Part shown: one piece after another, positions 1 through 11,339 of the stretch
Layout: every line of letters begins with the position of its first letter
How positions within the stretch are numbered: position 1 is the first letter of the stretch
NCBI RefSeq assembly: GCF_030684315.1
Contig: NC_081394.1
Coordinates: forward strand, 4,806,163 to 4,870,162
Source of the DNA: Stegostoma tigrinum
Taxonomy: Eukaryota
DNA length: 64,000 nucleotides
Direction of reading: 5' to 3'
Notes under the pieces: generated by a model
Told to the model about the DNA's origin: nothing
The model's database searches: none
The model's input: only the letters and a program-made list of their open reading frames with translations
Translations under genes and position numbers: made by a program

Positions 1-89
1 ACCTCAGGGCGAGATTCCAGGCTCAGTGGCACAACACTTTCCCAAGGCACTCTCAAAGCCACACAGACCGCTGACTCCACAATCACTCT

Positions 90-313
90 CAGAGGGTCAG
101 TGCTGAGGGAGCGGGCACTGTCGGAGTGTCAGTGCTGAGGGAGTGGGCACTGTCAGAGGGTCAATGCTGAGGGAGCGGACACTGTAGGAGGGTCAGTGCT
201 GAGGGAGTGGGCACTGTCGGAAGGTCAGTGCTGAGGGAGTGGGCACTGTCGGAGAGTCAGTGCTGAGGGAGCACCGCACTGTCGGAGGGTCAGTGCTGAG
301 GGAGCGGGCACTG
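90..313 (-). repeat. 32-bp minisatellite (reverse orientation), ~7 units
   Basis: Tandem cagtgctgagggagtgggcactgtcggagggt. Confidence 0.9.
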
Positions 314-1139
314 GTCCTGACTGATAACATTTGCCTGCTGGGAGTGTTTCCACCCACAACTTCTACCAGTGGGTTCCATTTCAAAGAGAAGGCAGGAAAT
401 GAGTCTGTAATGTTTCACTGCTGCGGTTAACACAGAGCACATGACAACTCAGATTGGGAAGTGTAAAGTGTTACATTCTGTTCACTTGTTGAGCCTTTAA
501 GGTAAACGTAAAGCCAAATATAAAGCAGTGATGTGCACCGATCTGAATCCGTGCATAAAAGCTCTCAGAAACAGCGTTTTACAATGGCATTTGGGATTTG
601 CGATTTGATGAACAGGTGGGAATAAGATGAATGGAAGCCCTTGATGAAATTTTGCAGGGCACGGATTCATATCATGTGTGACTGCAGGCCCCCTACACCT
701 TTGACCATGAATCTCCAGGCATTTCCCAGGAAACAGAGTTTTCAGTCCTTGGGGGTAGCGACCTGGAGAGGCTGGGATCACTCCTCTCAGAGCTGGCCGG
801 GATCAGGGAGAGATTGAATCACTACAGAGATGTCAATTGAGTCAATGTGGGAGTCAGGAGAGGACCCACTTGGTGGCGAAGAGGAGGAGAATGTGGTTTT
901 GGACCCCGCCAGTTCTTCTTGTTTCTGGGACAAGTTGCCCAGAAGGGAACAGATTCCACAGAAACTTCCAAATAGCTGGGGAGGGGGTGAGAGGGAATAT
1001 TGGGGAGACATTGGAGGGAGGAAAAAGTTCAGTGGAGGTAAGAACATGGGAGAGATGGCTCGCAGGGCTAGTACAAGCCAGAGGGCCTGAATGGTGTCCT
1101 CGAGTGCCAGGTGATTTTGTGCACTTTGAGTTATACAGC

Positions 1140-2245
1140 CAGACGGTTGTACCGCACAGGAACAGACCCTTTGGCCCAACTCATCCATACTGACCCAGAT
1201 ATCCTAAAATAATCCAGTCCCATTTGCCAGCATTTGGCCCCTATCCCTCTAAACCCTTCCTATCCACGTCCCCATCCAGATGCCTTTTAAATGCTGTAAC
1301 TGTACCAGTCCCCACCACTTCCTCTGGCAGCTCATTCCATACACGCACCACCCTCAGTGTGAAAAAGTTGCCCCTCAGGTCCCTTTTAAATCTTTCCCCT
1401 CTCACCTGAAACCTTTCATTTTGGGCTCCCCTTTTCTAGGATAAAGACCTTGTCTATTCACCTTATCCATGATTTTATAAACCTCTACAAGTGATGGAAA
1501 ATAAAAATATAGGGGCAGGCGAAAGGTTAAATCTGACAGTGATCAGTAGGATGATGCACTGAATTATAGAATGTTGCAATAATCAATGAAATGCTGTACC
1601 TTAATAGAATGAGGTGCTTGAACAGGTCAAGGGAGTGTAGAGCAATAGTTGTATAACCAGGCTAGCTATTAACAGCAGCTTAATTAGGTTGATTAAAGCA
1701 GGTAACTTAGAAGCAAGAGCTAGCATGATGTAGTCAACCCGAGGCGAAGGACCGTCGTGGCAGATGTAGTAATAGATAATCAGTATCTTATAGACTAAGT
1801 TTGAAGTAGAAGAGACCATTGTGTAGTAATAAATAATCGTTATCTTAGTTTGAAGAAGAAACAGCCATCGTGGCAGAAACAGAAAGATAACATAAACTAA
1901 CAGCATTGACTTCCTGCCTCAGTGTAGAAGGATAACGCCCTACTGACACCGTTGGGCACGCTGGCAGTCTGAGAAAGAGCGTGATAACGGAAAATATATA
2001 AAGGATAACAAGCCCCGAGGATCGGGGGCGATTGGAAAACCACTTTCTGATTGTCACAGCTTTTGTTTGCAAATAAAAGTTAAACTCCCTGAAGAATTCT
2101 CCGCGTCTCCTGGTAGTTTCTCCACTACTTAAGGTCAACCCCTCAGCCTCTGACTCTCCAGGGAAAATAGCCCCAGCCTATCCAGCCTCTCCCTGTAGCT
2201 CAAACCCTCCAACCCTGGCAACATCCCTGTAAATCTTTTCTGTTG
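1140..2245 (-). mobile_element. CR1-clade LINE 3' fragment, interrupted by a solo LTR
   Basis: Colinear with the copy at 7910-8375; sequence resumes (taaggtcaacccctcagcc) after the insert. Confidence 0.8.
1492..2129 (+). mobile_element. Solo LTR (~640 bp)
   Basis: Clean insertion in a CR1 copy with a 4-bp CAAG/TAAG near-TSD, TG start, imperfect terminal inverted repeat, TATATAAA at 1995 and AATAAA at 2072 in U3-R-U5 order. Confidence 0.75.
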
Positions 2246-2294
2246 AAAAACTTAAGAACTGAGGCTAAAATTCTATCCTTGCAGTCACATGCAC

Positions 2295-2970
2295 TGAATT
2301 TATTGCCTCCATCCCTAGTTGATACCGGGGTGAGCTGCCTTGTTGAGCTGCTGCAGTCCCCATGTGCTGTGGGTTGACCCACAATGCCCCTTAGGGAGGC
2401 AATTCCAGGATTTTGACACTGAAGGATCGGCGACATATTTCCAAGTCAGGATGGGGAGTGGAGGGGAACTTGCAGGGGGCTGGTGTTCCCATGTATCTGC
2501 TGCCCCTTGTCCTTCTGGATGGAAGTGATCGTGGGTTTAGAAGGTGCTACCTGAGGATCTTTGGTGAATCTCTGCAGAGCATCTTGTAGATGGTACACAC
2601 TGCTGCGACTGAGCGTCGGTGGGGGGAGGGAGTGGGATGTTTGTGGATGTGGGGCCAATCGAGCGGGGGCTGCTCTGTCCTGGATGGTGTCGAGCTTCTT
2701 GTTGGGGCTGCCCCCATCCAGGGGCAAGTGGGGAGTATTCCTGAGTTGTGCCTTGGAGATGGTGGGACAGGGCTTTGGGGGGTGTCAGGGGGTGGGTTAC
2801 TTGCTGCAGAATTTCCAGCCTCTGACCTGCTCATGCAATGACTGTATTCAGCAGTAAACCCCAAGCTTTCAATACTGGGGTAATCAGCGATTGTCACACC
2901 ATCGAATATCAAGATGCAATGGTTAGAACCGCTCAGAGCTGTCTGAGCTGGTCTTTGCCTGGCATATGTG
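2295..2970 (-). mobile_element. Second CR1-like LINE family, 3' fragment
   Basis: Decayed ORF2 C-terminus (KKLDTIQDRAA...HRRSVAAVCTIYKMLC); same family at 16380-16690, 28520-29265, 36225-36750, 54550-54925, 60100-60500. Confidence 0.8.
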
Positions 2971-2976
2971 TGAAAT

Positions 2977-3105
2977 AGAGATAATGGGAACTGCAGATGC
3001 TGGAGAATCCAAGATAATAAAATGTGAGGCTGGATGAACACAGCAGGCCAAGCAGCATCTCAGGAGCACGAAAACTGACGTTTCGGACCTAGACCCTTCA
3101 TCAGA
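2977..3105 (-). mobile_element. Penelope-like element terminus with hammerhead core
   Basis: Same terminal sequence as the GIY-YIG-bearing element at 43470-44570; CTGATGA...GAAACGTC on the - strand at 3077-3104. Confidence 0.75.
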
Positions 3106-3427
3106 AATAAATGTTTGTTACCTAGCTGTGTCCTTCCCTCAACCCGGTGATCCTTAAGACACCGAATTGAGACCTGCGGGCTATACGGCTGAGACTGTGA
3201 GCTGTGTGAAGTGTGGGTTCCTGAGCCTGAGAGAGGGGTCAGAGAGGGGACAACTGGTGGAGAGGTGATGTTCGAACAATGCAAAGACCAAGCACTCACA
3301 AAATGTCTGCCCTCTTTGTCTTTCAGCTGCTACAGGAAGTTCACGCCAAGCTTCAAATGCAGCTGCCTCAACCGCTGAGACGTGTCTTCTCATGTTCAAA
3401 ATCCTGCTCTTCACTCAACATTTACTT

Positions 3428-4237
3428 TCACTGGCCCTCCGATAGTGCCCACTCCCTCAGCACTGACCCTCCGACAGTGCCCACTCCCTCAGCACTGACC
3501 CTCTGACAGTGCCCACTCCCTCAGCACTGACCCTCCGACAGTGCGCACTCCCTCAGCACTGACCCTCCGACAGTGCCCACTCCCTCAGCACTGACCCTCC
3601 GACAGTGCCCACTCCCTCAGCACTGACCCACCTACAGCACGGCGCTCCCTCAGTACTGACCCTCCGACAGTGCCCGCTCCCTCAGCACTGTCCCTCTGAC
3701 AGTGCGGTGCTACCTCAGCACTGACCCTCCAATAGTGCGGCGCTCCCTCAGCACTGACCCTCCGACAGTGCCCGCTCCCTCAGCACTGACCCTCTGACAG
3801 TGCCCACTCCCTCAGCACTGACCCTCCGACAGTGCGGCACTCCCTCAGCACTCATGCTCTGACAGTGCAGCGCGCCCTCGGCGCTGACCCTCCGACAGTG
3901 CGGTGCTCCCTCAGCACTGACCCTCTGACAGTGCCCACTCCCTCAGCACCGACCCTCCGACAGTGCCCGCTCCCTCAGCACTGACCCTCCGACAGTGCCC
4001 ACTCCCTCAGCACTGACCCTCTGACAGTGCCCACTCCCTCAGCACTGACCCTCCGACAGTGCCCGCTCCGTCAGCACTGACCCTCCGACAGTGCCCACTC
4101 GCTCAGCACTGACCCTCTGACAGTGCGGCACTCCCTCAGCACTGAGCCTCCGACAGTGCGGCACTCCCTCAGCACTGACCCTCCAACAGTGCCCGCTCCC
4201 TCAGCACTGACCCTCCGACAGTGCAGCGTACCCTCAG

Positions 4238-4238
<1 letters not shown>
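3428..4238 (+). repeat. 32-bp minisatellite, ~25 units
   Basis: Tandem cactgaccctccgacagtgcccactccctcag. Confidence 0.95.

Positions 4239-4240
<2 letters not shown>

Positions 4241-4304
<64 letters not shown>
4241..4304. repeat. (TG)n microsatellite
   Basis: About 32 perfect TG units. Confidence 0.98.
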
Positions 4305-4306
<2 letters not shown>

Positions 4307-5167
4307 CCCGAATGAAGACTGTGATCCCTTCAGGTTGAGCTGAGTGTCTACAGCAGGGACTGGGTGCGGGTAGTGTGGAGTGGGTATTAAAATGGGCATC
4401 AGAGACCTGTGTCGGAGCCCCATCGATAGCCCAGCTACAGAGCCTCAACTTTCCTCAGGATGTGCCTGGCATAAAAGCATAAAAGTCCTGGTGTTGCTGA
4501 CAGAGATGCCCCAGCCCATTCTCCGTCCTTCCAAGCATGTCTACAGAAGATGACCACCAATGGGAATGGTTTTCCAGTTGGAGCTGGAACTGAATTCCCC
4601 AGTGACCTCTTGTCTGACTGTGAAATCTCCTTCTCTCCCTCTCCATTGCAAGCAAAAGCTGCTGATTTCTCTGTTAACCCAGTGAGTCCCAGCCCTCACT
4701 CACCCATTGCCCAACCTCAGCTCACTCGTCAAGCTACTTCACAGCACTGCTCACCCATCAACCCCTGACCCAAAGAGCAACACTAACACTGAGCCACAAA
4801 CTCTTCCAGCTCCTCCAGCCCCTACACCCCCTACCTATCCCTATAACCTCATCCTCCACCCCTTCCCTATCCCTGTAAATCCCTCCTACACCCGCTCCCC
4901 ATCTCTGTAATTTCCCCCAGTTCCTATCAGTCCCACCACTCAGGGCTATACCTCCGATGGCCAGGACTAATCTCTGGAAACCCCTCCCTGAACCTGTCTG
5001 TGTCCCCTCTCTCTCAGCTCGTGTTACTCCATTTTTAATGTGATTACGCACGTGAATATTTCACACAGGAACATGTGTGACTGTTTGATAAGTTTGTTGC
5101 ACCTTACTTCGTTTTGTAAAGATTTATAAAGTGAAATTTTGAAGCAAATGTTTATTCTTGTTCTTTC

Positions 5168-5362
5168 ATACTGTCCCCCCATCAAACACTCCCAGGACAG
5201 GGTCCGAATGGGGTTAGATACAGAGTAAAGCTCCCTCTACACTCTCCCTCCATCAAATGGGGTTAGATACAGAGTAAAGCTCCCTCTACACTCTCCCTCC
5301 ATCAAATACTCCCAGGACACGGACAGCACAGGGTTAGACGTGAGTAAAACCTCGTCTACCGT
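5168..5362 (-). repeat. ~70-bp tandem repeat family (reverse of 63525-63830)
   Basis: Repeated gggttagatacagagtaaagctccctctacact...catcaaacactcccaggaca. Confidence 0.8.
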
Positions 5363-5767
5363 TTGAAACTATAAGCAAACTTCCTCTGCCCTTCCTGTCC
5401 AGTCCTCCTGAGTCGATGTTAAACATTTTTTTTGGTGAGGTGTTTAGCCTGTTGTCGGTGGTTCAGGGCTGACACACTTCAGCAGGATTGGAATGTGTTA
5501 CACAGAAAATGTAACCGATCCTGATGGGTGAGATATTTTCAGCTGAAACTGCTAGAGGCTATGAAAGGTTTCTATGTGTGCACTGAGCTCAAACGTGGGA
5601 GGGACTAACTTATCGAGAGTGATAGCTCTCAGTGAAACTACAGCTCCTGAGATTTCTTCCCGATCTCAGGTATCTGTCTACACATCATCACAATAACTGA
5701 TCATTACCGCTGCAGAATGTATTGAGGAAATGCGACTGTCTCTCCCAGCATAGCAAACGTCTATCAA

Positions 5768-7067
5768 CACTGACCCTCCGACAGTGCCCGCTCCCTCAGC
5801 ACTGACCCTCCGACAGTGCCCGCTCCCTCAGCACTGACCCTCCGACAGTGCCCGCTCCCTCATCACTGACCCTCCGACAATGCCCGCTCCCTCAACACTG
5901 ACCCTCCGACAGTGCCCGCTCCCTCAGCACTGACCCTCCGACAGTGCCCGCTCCCTCAGCACTGACCCTCCGACAGTGCCCGCTCCCTCAGCACTGACCC
6001 TCCGACAGTGCCCGCTCCCTCATCACTGACCCTCCGACAATGCCCGCTCCCTCAGCACTGACCCTCCGACAGTGCCCGCTCCCTCAGCACTGACCCTCCG
6101 ACAGTGCCCGCTCCCTCAGCACTGACCCTCCGACAGTGCCCGCTCCCTCAGCACTGACCCTCCGACAGTGCCCGCTCCCTCATCACTGACCCTCCGACAA
6201 TGCCCGCTCCCTCAACACTGACCCTCCGACAGTGCCCGCTCCCTCAGCACTGACCCTCCGACAGTGCCCGATCCCTCAGCACTGACCCTCCGACAGTGCC
6301 CGCTCCCTCAGCACTGACCCTCCGACAGTGCCCGCTCCCTCATCACTGACCCTCCGACAATGCCCGCTCCCTCAACACTGACCCTCCGACAGTGCCCGCT
6401 CCCTCAGCACTGACCCTCCGACAGTGCCCGCTCCCTCAGCACTGACCCTCCGACAGTGCCCGCTCCCTCAGCACTGACCCTCCGACAGTGCCCGCTCCCT
6501 CATCACTGACCCTCCGACAATGCCCGCTCCCTCAACACTGACCCTCCGACAGTGCCCACTCCCTCAGCACTGACCCTCCGACAGTGCCCGCTCCCTCAGC
6601 ACTGACCCTCCGACAGTGCCCGCTCCCTCAGCACTGACCCTCCGACAGTGCCCGCTCCCTCAGCACTGACCCTCCGACAGTGCCTGCTCCCTCAGCACTG
6701 ACCCTCCGACAGTGCGGCGCTCCCTCAGCACTGACCCTCCGACAGTGCCCGCTCCCTCAGCACTGACCCTCCGACAGTGCCGACTCCCTCAGCACTGACC
6801 CTCCAACAGTGCCCACTCCCTCAACACTGACCCTCCGACAGTGCCCACTCCCTCAACACTGACCCTCCGACAGTGTCTGCACCCTCAGCACTGACCCTCC
6901 GACAGTGCCCGCTTCCTCAGCACTGACCCTCCAACAGTGCCCACTCCCTCCGCACTGACCCTCCGACAGTGCCCGCTCCCTCAGCACTGACCCTCCGACC
7001 GTGCCCAGTCCCTCCGCACTGACCCTCCGACAGTGCCCGCTCCCTCAGCACTGACCCTCCGACAGTG
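5768..7067 (+). repeat. 32-bp minisatellite, ~40 units, with a 160-bp higher-order period
   Basis: Variant unit catcactgac...acaatg recurs at 5861, 6021, 6181, 6341, 6501. Confidence 0.95.
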
Positions 7068-8380
7068 TGATGAACCTTCTCTGAACTGCCTCCAAAGTAT
7101 TAACATCTTTTGTTAAATAAGGAGACCGGCCCTGTAGACAGTGCCCCTAGATGCAATCTGACCAGTGCCCTGTCTAACTGAAGGATAATCTTCCTCCCCT
7201 CATATACAATGGCCCTCGCCAAAACTCTTACAATAATTTCCTGATAACTTGCTGTGCCCTAATTGTAATTGTTTGTGATTCATGCTCTATGGCACCCAGA
7301 TCCCTCTGCATCTCAGAGCTCTACAACCTCTCAACCATTGAGATCAGCTTTGTTTTACACTCTTCCTGGCAAACTGGGGCAATTTCATATTGTACCGCAT
7401 TCACTGCATCCTTGCCCACGCACTTGACCTATCTCTGTCACTTTACAACATTCTTCTGCTCTCTTTGTCACTCACCTTCCTAACTGTCCTGGTGTCCTTC
7501 ATAAACTGGGTTGCCAGACCTTCTGGCTCTTTGCTTGAGTCACTTGTATGAATGGTACAAAGTTGAGGCTCCGGCTCTGACCCCTGTGGCACACCATACA
7601 TTTCATCTTTTCCATCTTGAAAAAAAACCCCACTTATCACTAATCCCAACCCCCAGGTCGGCAGCCAATTTTCTATCCATGCTGATATCTTACCCTTTAC
7701 ACCACCAGCTCTTATTTTCCACCACTGACCCTCCGTGTGTCGCCTTATCAATTGCCTGCTAGAAAGCTCAATACGCTACATCTACTGGCTCCCCCTTATC
7801 AACACACATGTTCCCTCCTCAAAGAACCCCAGTAGGCTAGTGAAATGTAATTCTGCGTTCACTAAACCATCTGAACTCAGCCCAATGGCCTTCCTTTTAT
7901 CCTGTTATAGGGATGTCCAACACAGAAACAGGCCCTTTGGTCCAACACATCCATGCTGACCAGATATCCTAAACTAATTTAGCCGCATTTGCCAGCATTT
8001 GGCCCATATCTCTCCAAACCCTTCCTATTCATACACCCATCCAGATGCCTTTTTAAATGCTGTAACTGTACCAGCCCCCACCACTTCCTCTGGCACCTCA
8101 TTCCATACTCACACCCACCCTCTGTATGAAAAAGTTGCCCCTCAGGTCCCTTTTAAATCTTTCCCCCTCTCACCTTAAACCTCTAGTTTGGGACTCCCCC
8201 ACCCTGGGGAAAAGACCTTGTCTCTTTGCCCTATCCAGGCCCCTCATGATTTTACAAACCTCTATAAGGTCACCCCTCAGCCCCCGACGCTCCAGGGAAA
8301 ATAGCCCCAGCCTCTCCGTGTAGCTCAAACCCTCCAACTCCGGCAACATCCTGGTAAATCTTTTCTGAACCCTTCCTGTT
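7068..8380 (-). mobile_element. Decayed CR1 LINE ORF2 and 3' fragments
   Basis: Minus-strand remnant RT motifs (AWIENWL...GVPQGS) and a CR1 3' end. Confidence 0.75.
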
Positions 8381-9478
8381 GTGACTTATTTGATAATGGA
8401 CTCTCACATTTTATCCCATGACAGTTGACAGACTGACTCAGTAACTGTGCTCATGCTCGCTATCCCCACCCCACCTTCTGATTGTTCAATCTCCTCTTTA
8501 ATCTTCCCTGCTCCCAGGATGACAATCCCAGCATCTCCCAGAGTCCCTGCATGAATTGAAGCCCCTCAGCAGTGGCCATTCTGGTGATTCTCCTCTGCAC
8601 CTCTCTCAGCGTTGGCGTCATCCCTTCAATAGGCCCGCTTGAGATCCAGCCGGTCTGTGCGCAGTTTTACGGTGTCAATGTCTCAGCTTTTCACATTCTC
8701 TGCCTCTCTTCATGAAGCCCAGAGTATCAAGATCAATCTTTGAAGCGTTTTAAAAAGGGCTGATGGAAATCTCTCTGAATGAAGGCCTCAATGCATCCTG
8801 GGTCTAAATTTGCGACATGGGCCCCCTCCCGCCGAGGTCGCCTCTGTTAAATCTGCTGAAGACTGAGAAATAAACATCATCCCAGCTACCCCAGGAGCGG
8901 AGTAAAAAAGGAAAGACCCTATTTTCAATTTGCAAGGACTGAAAGGGGAGATTTCCCCCCCTAATGTCGTCTGTGACTCACTCTTTCCACTTGAGTGTTT
9001 TGATAACCACTGTTCCCATTTGGGATAGAGCAAAAATCAGGGAATTTCGCATCACAAGGCCAATTATAAGACAGGTGATTCATCCAGAGGAGTCAGAAAC
9101 TGTGCCACATTCAGATTTAGACTGAAAAAATGGCAAGTAAAAACACAGAAGACAGGAGACAGGAGTAGGCCATTCAGCCCTTCGAGCTCGGCTCCCTGTT
9201 CCTCTGCTCTCCCCATTCCATTTAACCGTTTAGACCCAAGAATTATCTCAGACTCCTTCTTGCAAACGTTGGAAGTTTCGGCCTCAACCACTTTGTGTGG
9301 CGACTATTCCACAGGCTGGCCGACAAGAGCAGGGCGGAGGCGAGGAATTCCGCAGCAAGTAACTCACCTCCTGGCTCCCCAAAGCCTGCCCCACCATCGA
9401 AATTAACTGGGATGGAACACTCTCCACTTGCCTGGATGGGAGCACCTCCAACAACGCTTAAGAAGCATGACACAAGCC

Positions 9479-10122
9479 NNNNNNNNNNNNNNNNNNNNNN
9501 NNNNNNNNNNNNNNNNNNNNNNNNNNNNNNNNNNNNNNNNNNNNNNNNNNNNNNNNNNNNNNNNNNNNNNNNNNNNNNNNNNNNNNNNNNNNNNNNNNNN
9601 NNNNNNNNNNNNNNNNNNNNNNNNNNNNNNNNNNNNNNNNNNNNNNNNNNNNNNNNNNNNNNNNNNNNNNNNNNNNNNNNNNNNNNNNNNNNNNNNNNNN
9701 NNNNNNNNNNNNNNNNNNNNNNNNNNNNNNNNNNNNNNNNNNNNNNNNNNNNNNNNNNNNNNNNNNNNNNNNNNNNNNNNNNNNNNNNNNNNNNNNNNNN
9801 NNNNNNNNNNNNNNNNNNNNNNNNNNNNNNNNNNNNNNNNNNNNNNNNNNNNNNNNNNNNNNNNNNNNNNNNNNNNNNNNNNNNNNNNNNNNNNNNNNNN
9901 NNNNNNNNNNNNNNNNNNNNNNNNNNNNNNNNNNNNNNNNNNNNNNNNNNNNNNNNNNNNNNNNNNNNNNNNNNNNNNNNNNNNNNNNNNNNNNNNNNNN
10001 NNNNNNNNNNNNNNNNNNNNNNNNNNNNNNNNNNNNNNNNNNNNNNNNNNNNNNNNNNNNNNNNNNNNNNNNNNNNNNNNNNNNNNNNNNNNNNNNNNNN
10101 NNNNNNNNNNNNNNNNNNNNNN
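9479..10122. other. Assembly gap (others: 23454-23764, 23909-24038, 24645-24916, 25827-26098)
   Basis: Runs of N. Confidence 1.
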
Positions 10123-10662
10123 ATCTGTATTTGCAGATACATTCTATTTTGTTCAAAAAGCACAATTTATAGACAGTTAGTCATAGTGACATTGTGTAAA
10201 TTCCTATTTTAGAAATGAAACCACTCTAATTCCAAACCGAAACACAAACAGATTCTAAACAGAGATAGTAGGAACTGCAGATGCCGGAGAATCTGAGACA
10301 AAACCTTTACTTCTCTCAGGACAGGGACTTGAAGGGAATTTAGGGATTTACATGTCCATATTAATCAATGAAAACCTACTAAGTGATCAAACATCAAACC
10401 ACATCTCAGGTTTGTTTAATACTTCCTCATCAGTGGTGTGACCCTTTGATCTTTTATTTATAAATTCTGTGCCTGATACACTGAGGACAGATCGACTACC
10501 TCATCCCACCTCCTTGACCTGTCCGTCTTCCCTGGACTGACCTATCCCCTCCCTACCTCCCCACCTATACTCTCCTCTCCACCTATCTTCTTTTCTCGCC
10601 ATCTTTGGTCCACCTCCCCCTCTCTCCCTATTTATTCCAGAACCCTCTCCCCATCCCCCTCT

Positions 10663-10690
10663 CTGATGAAGGGTCTAGGCCCGAAACGTC
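10663..10690 (+). ncRNA. Minimal type I hammerhead ribozyme motif in a Penelope terminal repeat (element ~10480-10755)
   Basis: CTGATGA-A-GGGT(CTAG)GCCC-GAAA-CGTC: core boxes, helix II, palindromic ACGT helix III, GUC cleavage triplet. Confidence 0.7.
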
Positions 10691-11339
10691 AGCTTTTGTG
10701 CTCCTGAGATGCTGCTTGGCCTGCTGTGTTCATCCAGCCTCACACTTGGTTATCTTCGACTAGTTTGGGTTTGTTTTTGCTGGAGTCCAAATGAATGAGG
10801 GGGATTCTCATAGAAACTTCCAAAATTCTAACAGGACTACACAGAGTAGATGCAGGGAGGATGGTCCCGATGGTGAGTGTGTCCAGAACCAGGGGTCACA
10901 GTGTGAGGATTCAAGGTAGACCATTTAGGGCAGAGATGAGGAGACATTTCTTCACCCAGAGAGAAGTGAGCCCGTGGAACTTGTGGGGAATGGGATCAAT
11001 AGTTATGGGGAGAAAACAGGATTAGTTTGTTGAGTTGGATGATCATCCACGATCGGGAAGAATGGCAGAGCAGGCTTAAGGGCCGAAAGGCCTCGTCCTG
11101 CTCCTATCTTCTATGTTTCTAGATTTCTACCTCTCTCACTTGCACCTGGAGAAGGAGTGATGCTCCAAAAGCTTGTGTTTTTTGAAATAAACCTGTTGGA
11201 TGATAACCCGGTGTCGTGTGATTTCTGACCTTGCCCACCATTCAGGACAAAGCAGCCGCTCGGTTGGCACCACATCCACAAACATCTCACCCCGTCCATC
11301 ACTGACGCTCAGTAGCAGCAGTGTATACCATCTATCAGA

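Noticed and set aside
3428-7067. 32-bp partially palindromic repeats resembling CRISPR direct repeats
   Set aside because: Contiguous monomers without spacers in a vertebrate genome; a minisatellite.
9243-10212. Long ORFs here and across 23214-26406
   Set aside because: Artefacts of N runs and low-complexity tracts.
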